From a virus, in the IMG/VR virus record IMGVR_UViG_3300004094_000049: a DNA stretch of 37,343 nt, one strand, 5' to 3'. Position 1 is the stretch's first letter, and every line of letters begins with the position of its first letter. A model generated the notes under the pieces. The model was not told where the DNA came from and searched no databases. It saw only the letters and a list, made by a program, of their open reading frames with translations. The position numbers were made by a program, and so were the translations under genes. This document shows, piece by piece, positions 1 to 9,312 of the stretch.

Positions 1-717
1 TGGTGTAGCGGAGGCATTGGCATTGATTTCGGCTACTACGTCTTCAAGTTTATGGCCGAAACGCATGTTTCGAAGAAGTCGAACGTAGTCCGTCTCGTCC
101 GTCCTCTTGATTTCCGTTAGAACGTAAGGTGTGATTTTATTGTTGTTCCATACACGCGAATTATAGGCATAAATGTTATCACCGTAACGCTCACCCATTG
201 CATAAACTTCAGGTTTATTTCGCCAATTAAGGATTGGTTTTAGCTGACAGAAATCGCCTACAAATATTACTTGAACACCGCCAAATGGCTTGTTGCTACC
301 TTTCGCATTTCGAAGCTTAGCATCAATGTTGTCGAGTAGATCGGCACGAACCATTGAAATCTCATCAATCAGTAAGACTTTCATTGCTCTGAGTTTGCCG
401 CGCTCTTGCTTCCTTACACGACCCGCCTCATGTGGCTCCATATAGCCATGTGAAAAACCAAAAAAGGAGTGAATCGTCTGCCCTGTAATATTGAGCGCTG
501 CGATACCTGTAGGGGCTAAAAGAACAAGACCATTGATGTATTTTGATAACGTATTAATTAGGAATGATTTTCCGACACCACCGCCACCAGTGATAAACAT
601 ATTCTGGCCCGACCGAGCAGCCAAAAACGCAATTTTCTGACCCTCATTTAGCTTAATGAAGTCTTTTGCCATGCGAATGTCGCGGTTTTTGTTTTTGGCA
701 ACTTTTTTATTATTCAT
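1..717 (-). CDS. PIF1/RecD-like SF1B helicase, N-terminal part (runs off the window start; not in the ORF track)
   Basis: Manual translation from ATG at 717: MNNKKVAKNKNRDIRMAKDFIKLNEGQ..MFITGGGGVGKSFLI (Walker A), LLAPTGIAALNITGQTIHSFFG, LLIDEISMV (Walker B), PFGGVQVIFVGDFCQLKP. These are PIF1-family motifs; the frame is open to position 1. Confidence 0.9.
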   Translation of the reverse strand, partial: MNNKKVAKNKNRDIRMAKDFIKLNEGQKIAFLAARSGQNMFITGGGGVGKSFLINTLSKYINGLVLLAPTGIAALNITGQTIHSFFGFSHGYMEPHEAGRVRKQERGKLRAMKVLLIDEISMVRADLLDNIDAKLRNAKGSNKPFGGVQVIFVGDFCQLKPILNWRNKPEVYAMGERYGDNIYAYNSRVWNNNKITPYVLTEIKRTDETDYVRLLRNMRFGHKLEDVVAEINANASATP

Positions 718-776
718 TTTTATTGCGAAACCCTTAATTCTGAATGCGAATATTATACCTCAAATATTAATAACTG

Positions 777-1586
777 TCATATTAAATCATGAATGAAATC
801 AATTGAGCGACCAGTATATGACCACATGTTCCACATCGATGCTTCACTATGTTTCTCGTCTAAATTCACACGGTAGCCTGCCCACTCAGGATCAGTCATC
901 AATAACTGATTGTGGAGGATCCTTAGGCTTGGAATATCAGGCCCCGCGCCAAACTCTAGTATCAGTACTCGTTTGTTTTTCTCAAACATACCATTGACCC
1001 ATTTAGAGTAACGTTTTTCTTGAGCATTGCTCAGGGGTGATTGCCATAACCAATCATTGAAGAGCAGTATCGAAGGTCGAAGCAAGGAGCCGCAATGCTC
1101 ACACTTAGGAAGAAATGAAGGAACTAAAGACTCGTCGCTTTTCAGCGAAGCTGGTGCATCAATTAAACCATGCTCATCAAAGCATTTGGCATTTACACAC
1201 CTGTAGTGATTTATAGAGCCATGCTTCTCGTGGATCTTTAATGGGTCATACCCTGCCCTTTCGAAATGACCATCAACATTTGTCGTAACCACAAAGTATT
1301 CGAGATTATTCTCGTTGATGGCCTGTAACAAATCTGCATACCCGCAATGTGGCTCAGTTTTCCGATAAAGGTCAAGTCTATGAGCATAGAAAGCAGTAAA
1401 AAGAGACTCTTCAGCCTCTGCAAAATCTGGGGAAGCAACATATTCAAATGGAACTGAAATGTCCTTGAATGGTGGATAGGCGGTATAAAACCCTTCTTCG
1501 CCTCTAAATACGGGCAATCCACTGTCAGCACTAAAACCTGCACCTGCTAATATTAATATTCCGTCGAATTGTTGTAGTTTATGCAT
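777..1586 (-). CDS. Sir2-family NAD-dependent deacylase (sirtuin)
   Basis: GAGFSADSGLPVFRG, TTNVDGHF, HGS, zinc-site cysteines (C-x4-C and CEHC), LRPSIL, EFGAG. Likely start is ATG 1586 (MHKLQQ); the longer ORF-track start overlaps the divergent gene. Confidence 0.9.
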   Translation of the reverse strand: MHKLQQFDGILILAGAGFSADSGLPVFRGEEGFYTAYPPFKDISVPFEYVASPDFAEAEESLFTAFYAHRLDLYRKTEPHCGYADLLQAINENNLEYFVVTTNVDGHFERAGYDPLKIHEKHGSINHYRCVNAKCFDEHGLIDAPASLKSDESLVPSFLPKCEHCGSLLRPSILLFNDWLWQSPLSNAQEKRYSKWVNGMFEKNKRVLILEFGAGPDIPSLRILHNQLLMTDPEWAGYRVNLDEKHSEASMWNMWSYTGRSIDFIHDLI

Positions 1587-1650
1587 CACCTTAACCTTGA
1601 CCCTAATCAAAAAATAATGCAAAGTATACCAATAATAAATTGAATAATAA

Positions 1651-2097
1651 ATGATGAAAACTGGACAACGGTTTACTGCTGCTGAATTTAGGAATAATCC
1701 TGCATTACTCAAGCAAGCAAGGCTCTCTACATCAGCAAAGTCGCAAAACAAGAATGAAGAGTCAGAAAAAAAACGCAGTAAGTATGGCGCAAAAAAGGTC
1801 ACAATCGACGGGATCGTCTTTGACTCTAAACTTGAAGGTAAACGCTACACTGTACTTAAGATTCTTGAAAAATCTGGTGAGATTTCAGATCTAGAGTTAC
1901 AGGTCAAATACGATTTATCTTTTAATGGTGTTCATATTTGCAATTACTATGCAGACTTTGTCTATCAAGAAAATGGCAAGAAAGTGGTTGAGGACGCCAA
2001 AGGCATGCGCACCAAAGAATACAATCTTAAGAAGAAGATGATGAAAGCTGTTCACGGCATAGACATTTTTGAATCTAATATTAAACATACTAAGTAA
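1651..2097 (+). CDS. DUF1064-family protein (phage/plasmid PD-(D/E)XK-type nuclease)
   Basis: SKYGAKKVTIDGIVFDSKLEGKRY, ISDLELQVKYDL, YYADFVY, VVEDAKGMRTKEYNLKKKMM. Confidence 0.85.
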   Translation: MMKTGQRFTAAEFRNNPALLKQARLSTSAKSQNKNEESEKKRSKYGAKKVTIDGIVFDSKLEGKRYTVLKILEKSGEISDLELQVKYDLSFNGVHICNYYADFVYQENGKKVVEDAKGMRTKEYNLKKKMMKAVHGIDIFESNIKHTK

Positions 2098-2106
2098 GGA
2101 AGTAAC

Positions 2107-2442
2107 TTGAAAACTGTACATTGCATTCGCTACAAGAAAGAATTACCCGCTCTTCTTTTTGCCCCATATCCTGGCGAACTTGGCGAAAAGATCCTTGAAA
2201 CCATTTCACAAGATGCATGGAAAGATTGGCTTGAACATCAAACGAAACTTATCAATGAAAATGGTTTGAACCTCATCGACGAAGTGGCACGCAACTTCTT
2301 AAAAGAAGAATTAGAAAAATATGTCGCTGGTGAACTTCTGGAGAAGCCTAGAGGCTTTGATGGTGTCGCGCCTCATCTTTATGAGGAAGACGCTAAGAAG
2401 ACGACTTCAGCGCCATCTGATGAGATGTTTTATGAAGCTTAG
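2107..2442 (+). CDS. yggX: Oxidative damage protection / Fe(II)-trafficking protein YggX homolog with acidic C-terminal extension
   Basis: TVHCIRYKKE..PYPGELGEKI..ISQDAWKDWLEHQTKLINENGLNL; TTG start preceded by AAGGA. Confidence 0.85.
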   Translation: MKTVHCIRYKKELPALLFAPYPGELGEKILETISQDAWKDWLEHQTKLINENGLNLIDEVARNFLKEELEKYVAGELLEKPRGFDGVAPHLYEEDAKKTTSAPSDEMFYEA

Positions 2443-2463
2443 CTTAAAGAACCAAGGTTAAAC

Positions 2464-2491
2464 AAAAAATCGGCCACTGGCCGATTTTTTT
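2464..2491. terminator. Bidirectional intrinsic terminator
   Basis: AAAAAATCGGCCA-C-TGGCCGATTTTTT between convergent genes. Confidence 0.85.
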
Positions 2492-3065
2492 ATGCTGTGA
2501 ATATAAGGTGTGAAACAACCGACCAAAAAACGATTAATCCATGAGTAAAGCAACTTCGCAACATGCCTACGGATTTCAGAGAGCCATAAGCTGTAAACAT
2601 CGCAAAGATAAAGTACAAGGTTGCAAGTAAACCAAAGAACAACTGTACTTGGGGAATTGGAAAGAGCATTAGATTTACTAGAGACGTAGCGGTCAAAAAG
2701 CTTGAATAGACCACTGCCTGCTTTCTCATGTAATGGGAGTAGTCACCCTTCTTATGCGGATTTTGAATTGAAATGCCTATCGTGTAAACAATCGTTGATA
2801 GAGCAAAAACAAATAGTGGGAAAATGACGGCAAATAGGAGTCCACCAGCAGAAACAATGCTCACCAGTGAGAGTTCTTCGGATTGTATTAGCTCTGCATC
2901 CATTGCAAGTGCGAATGTTGATGCTATTAATACAGATATGAATGCCGTACAAAGCGACCTGCCTACCAATTTTCCGTTGATATCGCTTCTCAGTATCTTG
3001 ATTGGGTTCACTAGCATCTTAAATGGTATTGCAAAGTCAGATGCCATAAATTCTCTTAGTTTCAT
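2490..3065 (-). CDS. Multi-pass membrane protein, Yip1-like topology
   Basis: About five hydrophobic segments; N-terminal 'MLVNPIKI' resembles the Yip1 'l..P..f' start. Confidence 0.55.
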   Translation of the reverse strand: MKLREFMASDFAIPFKMLVNPIKILRSDINGKLVGRSLCTAFISVLIASTFALAMDAELIQSEELSLVSIVSAGGLLFAVIFPLFVFALSTIVYTIGISIQNPHKKGDYSHYMRKQAVVYSSFLTATSLVNLMLFPIPQVQLFFGLLATLYFIFAMFTAYGSLKSVGMLRSCFTHGLIVFWSVVSHLIFTA

Positions 3066-3152
3066 AACGTAGCTATTTTTATGTTTTCTTTATGCTATAA
3101 TATTAGACAACAAAAACAAATCTGTAATTTCAAATAATAAGAAGAGAAAATT

Positions 3153-5105
3153 ATGGCCGACAATGATAATCAAGCACTTAATCCAGAAGATAGCATGGGC
3201 ATTCTAGAAGATAACGTCCTTCTACAACGTCATGCCCTGTATATAAATCATTTGCTTAACAACCCTGATAAGCACAATGAGTTTGTAGAAGGTGTGATAA
3301 AGTCTTCGTTAGGTGAGGCTTCTGTTGAAGATCTTCAAGGTGATAGTCCTGAGGCTAAAAACCGAAGAGAAGAAGCTATTATGCTTTTTCAGTCACAACT
3401 TAAACCTTCAGAACTTCTAAAGCGCTTTGACGAAGATGAGTCACTACGACAAGAGATCGATAACCTAATCTCTAATGTTAATATTGACCCATTCCTTGAA
3501 GAAGCAGGTTTCACTGATGATGAAATTGAGCAGGTTAAATCTGATCCTGATGCGTATTTTGCACTTCAAGAGCGTAAATATTTCATCGATACCATAGAGC
3601 AGCAAGATACCCCAGAGTCTGAAAGGAATTCTAGCTTTGTCGAAGGACTAAAAGCGGCCAAGGATGGTATTTTAAGTACACTTGGAAATCCAAATGTAAA
3701 ACTTGCTATTAGTGCAGTGGGACTAGCGGCGACTGTTGCTAGTGGTGCAGGTGCGTTAGCTCTTACTGTGGCAGGTGCTCGTGCAGTAACGAACCTTGTT
3801 ACACATGATAAAATTTCCGAAAAGTTAATTGATTTTTCAAGTAAGCTACTTAAGGCTGGCGAAGCGTCAAACTTACTTCCAGACGGGACAGCAGATAAAG
3901 CAGTAGAAAAAGCAAGCAAACTAAAATCATTCTTCAATAAACGAAACGGCATTATAGGCTTAGCCGTAACTGGATTAGCAGTTACTGGTGCTATTATGAC
4001 AGGTGATTTAGATGGCGTTCTTGAAGCTGTAGATTTGCATGTAAATTCTGATATTTCTCTTGAAATGGAAGGCGGTGCAGATTCAAGCACTACAACAATT
4101 GACCCTAATTCATCTGAATTGTCTAACAATTTACAAACTTCCGTAATAGAAGTAAATAGTGGTGACTCTGCTTGGAGCCTTGCTGAACAACACTTTGAAG
4201 CTGTAACAGGCGAACAGCCAACACCTCAACAAGTTGTAGCTATGGTTAATGATCTTGGCATTGAAAACCCTAGCTTAATCAAGGCAGGTCAAACACTTGA
4301 GTTCTCGAATGATTTAGGGAAGTATGACTTGGATGCTATTGGTAAGGTTGATGCAGATTGGCTTGGTCAATCACCACAGTCACCAGCGGAAATGGCAGGC
4401 CAATCAAGTCCAGCCGCTCTCGGTGTTGCTACACCAGAAAAAATCGATATCACAAGATCATTTGACATTACTCAGATCGCGCAAGATAAGTTTGGTGACA
4501 CCTCATTAAGTGAAATCGCCGCACAGAACCCTGGCCTTAATCTTAGTAGCTTGGCCCCTGGTGATGAGATTACTGTTGGCGAAGTAACTTATGAAGTGCC
4601 AAATGTTGAAGACATGATTGCAAACAATCTTTTCCCAAATGGAGCGCATCCGCTTATTGATGTAGATGCAGTTGTTGAACAAGTTTTGGAGGTGAATAAT
4701 CTTGAACCTTCTAGTTATTTGTTTTTCACAAATGAAGATATTGGCCGTCAAATCGTTCAGCAAGGAACAATTGATATACCAGTGATTGATACTGCGGCTC
4801 TACAGCCAACAATGACTGAAATTCATGTTGAAGGTGTTGTTCAAGGAAATAGTCAATTCGCAATTCAGAATGATATCCTAGAAGCTGCGTACCCTAATGG
4901 AGTCCCAGAGCATTTAGACCGTAGTGCATTTTTCTCAGCCCTTAAAGATGCCAACCCTGGCTTTAACACGCTTGTTGGAAGTGGTGACTATTATGAGAAA
5001 ACACTTGTGATTCCTGATATGACACAACCAATGGATGACTATGGTCTTCAAGAGCAAACTCAAGTTGCGAGTCAGAAGCATGGTGATGTCGGCCTATCAA
5101 TGTAA
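3153..5105 (+). CDS. Large acidic LysM-domain protein with central hydrophobic segments
   Basis: LysM-like VIEVNSGDSAWSLAEQH...LGIENPSLIKAGQTLEF plus degenerate repeats (SLSEIAAQNPGLNLSSLAPGDEITV; ALKDANPG..TLVIP); two G/A-rich hydrophobic stretches. Confidence 0.75.
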   Translation: MADNDNQALNPEDSMGILEDNVLLQRHALYINHLLNNPDKHNEFVEGVIKSSLGEASVEDLQGDSPEAKNRREEAIMLFQSQLKPSELLKRFDEDESLRQEIDNLISNVNIDPFLEEAGFTDDEIEQVKSDPDAYFALQERKYFIDTIEQQDTPESERNSSFVEGLKAAKDGILSTLGNPNVKLAISAVGLAATVASGAGALALTVAGARAVTNLVTHDKISEKLIDFSSKLLKAGEASNLLPDGTADKAVEKASKLKSFFNKRNGIIGLAVTGLAVTGAIMTGDLDGVLEAVDLHVNSDISLEMEGGADSSTTTIDPNSSELSNNLQTSVIEVNSGDSAWSLAEQHFEAVTGEQPTPQQVVAMVNDLGIENPSLIKAGQTLEFSNDLGKYDLDAIGKVDADWLGQSPQSPAEMAGQSSPAALGVATPEKIDITRSFDITQIAQDKFGDTSLSEIAAQNPGLNLSSLAPGDEITVGEVTYEVPNVEDMIANNLFPNGAHPLIDVDAVVEQVLEVNNLEPSSYLFFTNEDIGRQIVQQGTIDIPVIDTAALQPTMTEIHVEGVVQGNSQFAIQNDILEAAYPNGVPEHLDRSAFFSALKDANPGFNTLVGSGDYYEKTLVIPDMTQPMDDYGLQEQTQVASQKHGDVGLSM

Positions 5106-5115
5106 GAAATAATAC

Positions 5116-5140
5116 AAGCCCTTCAATTGGAGGGCTTTTT
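5116..5140. terminator. Intrinsic terminator after the LysM gene
   Basis: AAGCCCTT-CAATT-GGAGGGCTTTTT. Confidence 0.8.
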
Positions 5141-5165
5141 GTACTACCTAGACAAGCTAGTGCCT

Positions 5166-6269
5166 TTAAAAACTTTTCGTCCAGTTAAGGTTTTTTAATC
5201 GTTCTTTATAGGCACTCAAATCTTCGTCTCCCTCTAATACATGACTGTATTTTCTAGTTTTTTTAATATCTCTATTTAGCACCATTCCGCTCACAATTAA
5301 CTTTTCTAAAGGTGGATAATGAACTTTGGCATCATTCCAAACTTTATTAAAAACTTGCTCATCGGACATTTCAAAATTCAACTCACTATTTAAAATCATA
5401 TTATTTAAGCTTTCTATCGCCAATGAGACTGAATAAATACCTGAATTAAGGTTATAGTCATGTCTATAGTGAACTTTATATGCCATTCTTAAGGTTTCAA
5501 CATAATACTTATAACCATGACTTTTATAAGAATCCCATAGAGCAATTACTGATGCAAAAAGTTCTTTATTTAGTGTTCCACTATATCTTATTATTTGATC
5601 ATGGAATTTTGCAGTATCTATTACGTTATAATCTAGATTTTTCACCAAATCCATTGCACTTTGCTGGTCATATTCAATGGAAGAACTCCTAACATTTCTG
5701 GCATCTTTGCAGTGAGCTAATTCATGATATAAAATATAGTTATTTTCAGTGCCAAAATCATCATGATTAATCAGAATTGAACAAACTACTGACATTCCTG
5801 AGAATGTCATTTTAGCGGTACTAGAAGCACTTCCACCTTTTGCTTTTCTTCCTTGTTTCGTTAATTCCTCAGCAGCTTTTATTATATCACTGTTCAACGG
5901 GAATTTATCATCACTTTTCAGATGCTTTACTCGTTCCAAATGATCCTTGTTATTGACATCAGAATACAAAATAACCATATTTAAGTCTTTAGCAACTTTA
6001 TCCCTTAATATTTTTTCTACTGGATTTAATACATAACCCGTTTCTCTTAAGTCATTGTAATCATATCCAAAATGACCGTTGAGCCATAACCTGCCAGCTA
6101 GAAACAGTGTTGCCAGAAAGATAACTAAAGAGCTGTAGCCAATAAACTTTCTCTTCTTAAGCTTGTTAGATTCTTCTAATGCTTTGTTTTTTTTCATCTC
6201 ATCCAACATCTTACAGTATGATGCATCAAAACTTGATAAGGCTTCTTCATTTAACCCATTGTGTTTCAA
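5166..6269 (-). CDS. Membrane-anchored HExxH zinc metallopeptidase-like protein (paralog 3)
   Basis: N-terminal TM; ILYHELAHC; downstream ELFA; TTG start with AGGAG RBS. Confidence 0.65.
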   Translation of the reverse strand: MKHNGLNEEALSSFDASYCKMLDEMKKNKALEESNKLKKRKFIGYSSLVIFLATLFLAGRLWLNGHFGYDYNDLRETGYVLNPVEKILRDKVAKDLNMVILYSDVNNKDHLERVKHLKSDDKFPLNSDIIKAAEELTKQGRKAKGGSASSTAKMTFSGMSVVCSILINHDDFGTENNYILYHELAHCKDARNVRSSSIEYDQQSAMDLVKNLDYNVIDTAKFHDQIIRYSGTLNKELFASVIALWDSYKSHGYKYYVETLRMAYKVHYRHDYNLNSGIYSVSLAIESLNNMILNSELNFEMSDEQVFNKVWNDAKVHYPPLEKLIVSGMVLNRDIKKTRKYSHVLEGDEDLSAYKERLKNLNWTKSF

Positions 6270-6318
6270 CTTAGGCTCCTTATAGTCGTGCCATTTACCT
6301 GTATTGGTTAAATATATA

Positions 6319-7299
6319 TTATAACTTAAATAAAGTCAATTTGTCTAAATATTGAAAATACTCGTCCATTTCCTGATCATTCTGCCTTATTGACTCTAAC
6401 GAAACATTATAGCCGAGTTCTCCTGACATCAAGTAGTAATTGGCTACTAGGCTCTCAAGATTCGGTATCGGAGATGACTTTACTTTTTCAATGACTTCTT
6501 CGTAAAAGACTTGGTTTGATCTAGTGCTTTTGAAACCATTTAAAATCAACTCTTCTGCTATCTCAGTGATGATTGTGAGTGGGTGCAGTGGTAGTCCTCC
6601 GCTGCTTTCATGTTTTAGATACAGCGATCTCGATCTTTTAACGTTCTCTAAGAACGTTGATTTTCCATACCAGATCTCTATCTCCCTTAGCCCTATGGCT
6701 TCTGCAAAAATCTCTCTCAATATCCTATCGTGAAGCTCAATTGCATCTTGTATTGTCCTTTGAGCAACAGCAAGTTCAACTCTAAACTTAAGCATGTATT
6801 TTAGATATTCGGACTCATTGAAACTCAAACTGCTCGCTGTAGATATCTTCTCCCTGTAGTCTATGCAATGCCCTACTTCGTGCATTGCTGTCGATAAGTA
6901 ATAATCAGAACGCTCATTCATATCAATGAAGATTATGCACAGAGGCATGTTCTTATCTGACTCTAGATACCTTACTGCGCCATATTTAAAGTTAAACTCA
7001 CCTTCCATCAACTCTTCTTCAAAGTCTAATACTTCTGATTTGACGTTGTAGTTTTGATAATTTGGAAGAGTTTTGATCCTATCTAGATGTTTAGTGAAAT
7101 TACTTTCAAAGAACAGAACTAGAAACTTGTCTCCATAAACATCGTTTAAGGAGACTTCCATGTCAGAAGAGTAGTATCCATCATTCTGGATTGCTTCCAA
7201 AGTTGCATCACCGAACATGTAGTTCTGGCTGTAGAGCCAAGTTGCCAAAAATACAGATGCTAATAATGCAATTGAACCTAACGTATGTACTAACTTCAT
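6319..7299 (-). CDS. Membrane-anchored or secreted HExxH zinc metallopeptidase-like protein (paralog 2)
   Basis: N-terminal hydrophobic segment; TAMHEVGHC; downstream EIFAE. Confidence 0.65.
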   Translation of the reverse strand: MKLVHTLGSIALLASVFLATWLYSQNYMFGDATLEAIQNDGYYSSDMEVSLNDVYGDKFLVLFFESNFTKHLDRIKTLPNYQNYNVKSEVLDFEEELMEGEFNFKYGAVRYLESDKNMPLCIIFIDMNERSDYYLSTAMHEVGHCIDYREKISTASSLSFNESEYLKYMLKFRVELAVAQRTIQDAIELHDRILREIFAEAIGLREIEIWYGKSTFLENVKRSRSLYLKHESSGGLPLHPLTIITEIAEELILNGFKSTRSNQVFYEEVIEKVKSSPIPNLESLVANYYLMSGELGYNVSLESIRQNDQEMDEYFQYLDKLTLFKL

Positions 7300-7309
7300 G
7301 GGCCACCAA

Positions 7310-7335
7310 AAATAAAGCCACCTAAATCGGTGGCT
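7310..7335 (-). terminator. Hairpin/terminator between paralogs 1 and 2
   Basis: AGCCACC-TAAATC-GGTGGCT, followed on the - strand by TTATTTT. Confidence 0.6.
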
Positions 7336-7341
7336 GACATC

Positions 7342-8316
7342 TTACTCATAAGTTTTTTGCAGATATTCTATGACGGGCTGCCTCTCAAGAACCCATTCTC
7401 GTGCAAAGTTTCCATCGTTAACATTCTCCTGCCCGTATTGAATCAGAAGGAATACATCATACAGAGATGGCATAAACTCATGGCGGTGGCTTATTACTGC
7501 CTTATAAGCCTCTATGGTCGGAGTATATGCATTGATTTCTCCTTGCTCGTACAATTCCTTAAGCTTCATTAGTGCAAGTGTAGACAATTGGTTCTGACGA
7601 CCGATGTCTTCTTGGGCCATGAACTTACGATAGTTACCAGCATTAAGTACTAGATCTGCAAATGATGAACGCGAGGCTTCGTACTCCACCATTATTGCAT
7701 GGACATCAACATAAATTGTTCTGAATAGTTCATTGATCGTAGCTTCAATCAATTCATCATAGGTAGAGCCTGGGACATACCTTTCTTGGTATTCTCGTAT
7801 AGATACTTGCTCTTTCTCTGTCAGTGTTAGCAATTCAATTGCAATATCATCTTGGGCCAAAGAGCATGAAGCTAGTGACTGATGTCTCTTAAAGCTTGGT
7901 GATAATTGAAAATCATCATTGTCTTTTACGTACATCAAGCAAATATCAATACCATCTGGATTTGAGACCAGTATCTCAGCAGACTGGTATGGTACGGTTT
8001 CAGCTAAAACATTTAATTCTGGTCGCAATGATTCAGGGTCAAGTTGTGCCACAGCTTGAGGGTCAAGCAAATCCAATTTGGCATCAAAATTTTCCATATC
8101 ATTGATGATGATTGGCACTAATTTTTCTTCAGCACGAGTATAAAGCTGTCTCTCAGTTGATGGAATTGTCGATGGATCAAAGTAGACATCCTCTTGGCTA
8201 TGAATGCCAAATTTCAACAGACTATTAAATTCATTTGGTTTTACCACAGCAAAACCACCAATAGCAGAAGCGATGGCTACGACTACGCCCAAACCTGCTA
8301 CTATACCCTTGTTCAT
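7342..8316 (-). CDS. Membrane-anchored degenerate metallopeptidase paralog (HExxH lost; paralog 1)
   Basis: N-terminal hydrophobic segment; aligns by eye with its neighbours (ICLMYV..RHQSLASC vs LCIIFI..MHEVGHC; FMPSL vs PIPNL/YPPL). Confidence 0.55.
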   Translation of the reverse strand: MNKGIVAGLGVVVAIASAIGGFAVVKPNEFNSLLKFGIHSQEDVYFDPSTIPSTERQLYTRAEEKLVPIIINDMENFDAKLDLLDPQAVAQLDPESLRPELNVLAETVPYQSAEILVSNPDGIDICLMYVKDNDDFQLSPSFKRHQSLASCSLAQDDIAIELLTLTEKEQVSIREYQERYVPGSTYDELIEATINELFRTIYVDVHAIMVEYEASRSSFADLVLNAGNYRKFMAQEDIGRQNQLSTLALMKLKELYEQGEINAYTPTIEAYKAVISHRHEFMPSLYDVFLLIQYGQENVNDGNFAREWVLERQPVIEYLQKTYE

Positions 8317-8326
8317 TGTTGATTCC

Positions 8327-8917
8327 TTAAATTGTTACTATCGTGACCAGAGATAAGATAGTTCCTAAAACCAAGTAGGTAATCATTTTCTTATCTGTAT
8401 ACAAGACTCTTCTTTTCAGTCTGTAGATTTCAGAGTTAGAAGGAATTGAAATCACTGCTTCCTCTGGATTATCGGGGTTCACCCGTACAGCAATTACTTC
8501 AGTTTTTGATGCATTTATTTTTTGCAAAATTGAGTATGCCTTCTCGAAACCTGGCTCAACCGTAATGTTTCGATTTTGAAACACCTCTCCTTCGAACTCA
8601 TACTCGTACATCACATTTACATTTTCATAAAGGGCAGAGTTTTCCGCGCCTTTCAGCCTCAATGCATCTAGCTTATCAGCTTCTACTGCTGTAGGTTCAC
8701 GATCACCTATTTCATGAAGTAATTTATAATATTCTTCAAACTCAAGCCCGACACTCATACTAAGCACTCTGGCTTTTGTTTTTTTCCATTTCCTTTGGTT
8801 ATCGCACTGTTTTTTAACACTTTTAAAAAGCGATAAAGTGTCTTTTAGATCTGAATAGGCACTAAAAAGGCACAACCCTGCGCCTAAAGATCCGAAAACA
8901 GTAAGTAGTCCACTCAT
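8327..8917 (-). CDS. DUF3592-like membrane protein
   Basis: TM - W..T.ARV - V.YEYEFEGEVF - VRVNPDNPEEAVI - TM. Start ATG 8917 overlaps the upstream stop (ATGA). Confidence 0.7.
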   Translation of the reverse strand: MSGLLTVFGSLGAGLCLFSAYSDLKDTLSLFKSVKKQCDNQRKWKKTKARVLSMSVGLEFEEYYKLLHEIGDREPTAVEADKLDALRLKGAENSALYENVNVMYEYEFEGEVFQNRNITVEPGFEKAYSILQKINASKTEVIAVRVNPDNPEEAVISIPSNSEIYRLKRRVLYTDKKMITYLVLGTILSLVTIVTI

Positions 8918-9312
8918 AATGTACTCCACATTGAATAAATCACAGCTAAACCACAAATGCTAAATTTAATCCATAGTGCTACCGCCACTTGAGCGCTTGG
9001 CTCAACCAAGACGGACTTCAGTGGATCCTTCTTGTTAAAAAACACACAGATATCTTCATTTGAACTATTTAGTTGACGTAGAAAGGCCCCTTTCGAAGAG
9101 GCTCCAATCTTTGAATATATTAAAATGTTGTTACACCCATAATCTGCTGTTCCCACCCTAAATTTAACAAGGATTTGCTCTGTTTCTTTGTTGAAAAAGA
9201 CAAGCTCTCCCTTTTCTTTTTCAGTATATTCAGACCTTTTAATGTAAAACAAACAAAGGTTCATCATGTAAAAAACCATGCCCATAACAGCAAAAAATAG
9301 TATGTATATCAT
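8914..9312 (-). CDS. Small membrane protein, DUF3592-like
   Basis: TM - VKFRVG..Y - VFFNKKDPLKSVL - TM; translationally coupled on both sides. Confidence 0.55.
   Translation of the reverse strand: MIYILFFAVMGMVFYMMNLCLFYIKRSEYTEKEKGELVFFNKETEQILVKFRVGTADYGCNNILIYSKIGASSKGAFLRQLNSSNEDICVFFNKKDPLKSVLVEPSAQVAVALWIKFSICGLAVIYSMWSTL

Noticed and set aside
1-1586. Sirtuin next to a helicase as a Sir2-HerA/DSR-type defence system
   Set aside because: The sirtuin is a zinc-containing deacylase type rather than the SIR2_2 NADase type, the helicase is PIF1-like rather than HerA, and it appears to have its own promoter in 718-780.
1587-1802. N-terminal extension of the Sir2 ORF in the ORF track
   Set aside because: It overlaps the divergent DUF1064 gene and intergenic DNA; family similarity begins at Met 1586.
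3566-4129. Antisense and alternate-frame ORFs (this one, 9826-10194, 16288-16617 and the other short nested ORFs)
   Set aside because: Shadows of longer genes with recognisable motifs; no RBS or domain evidence.
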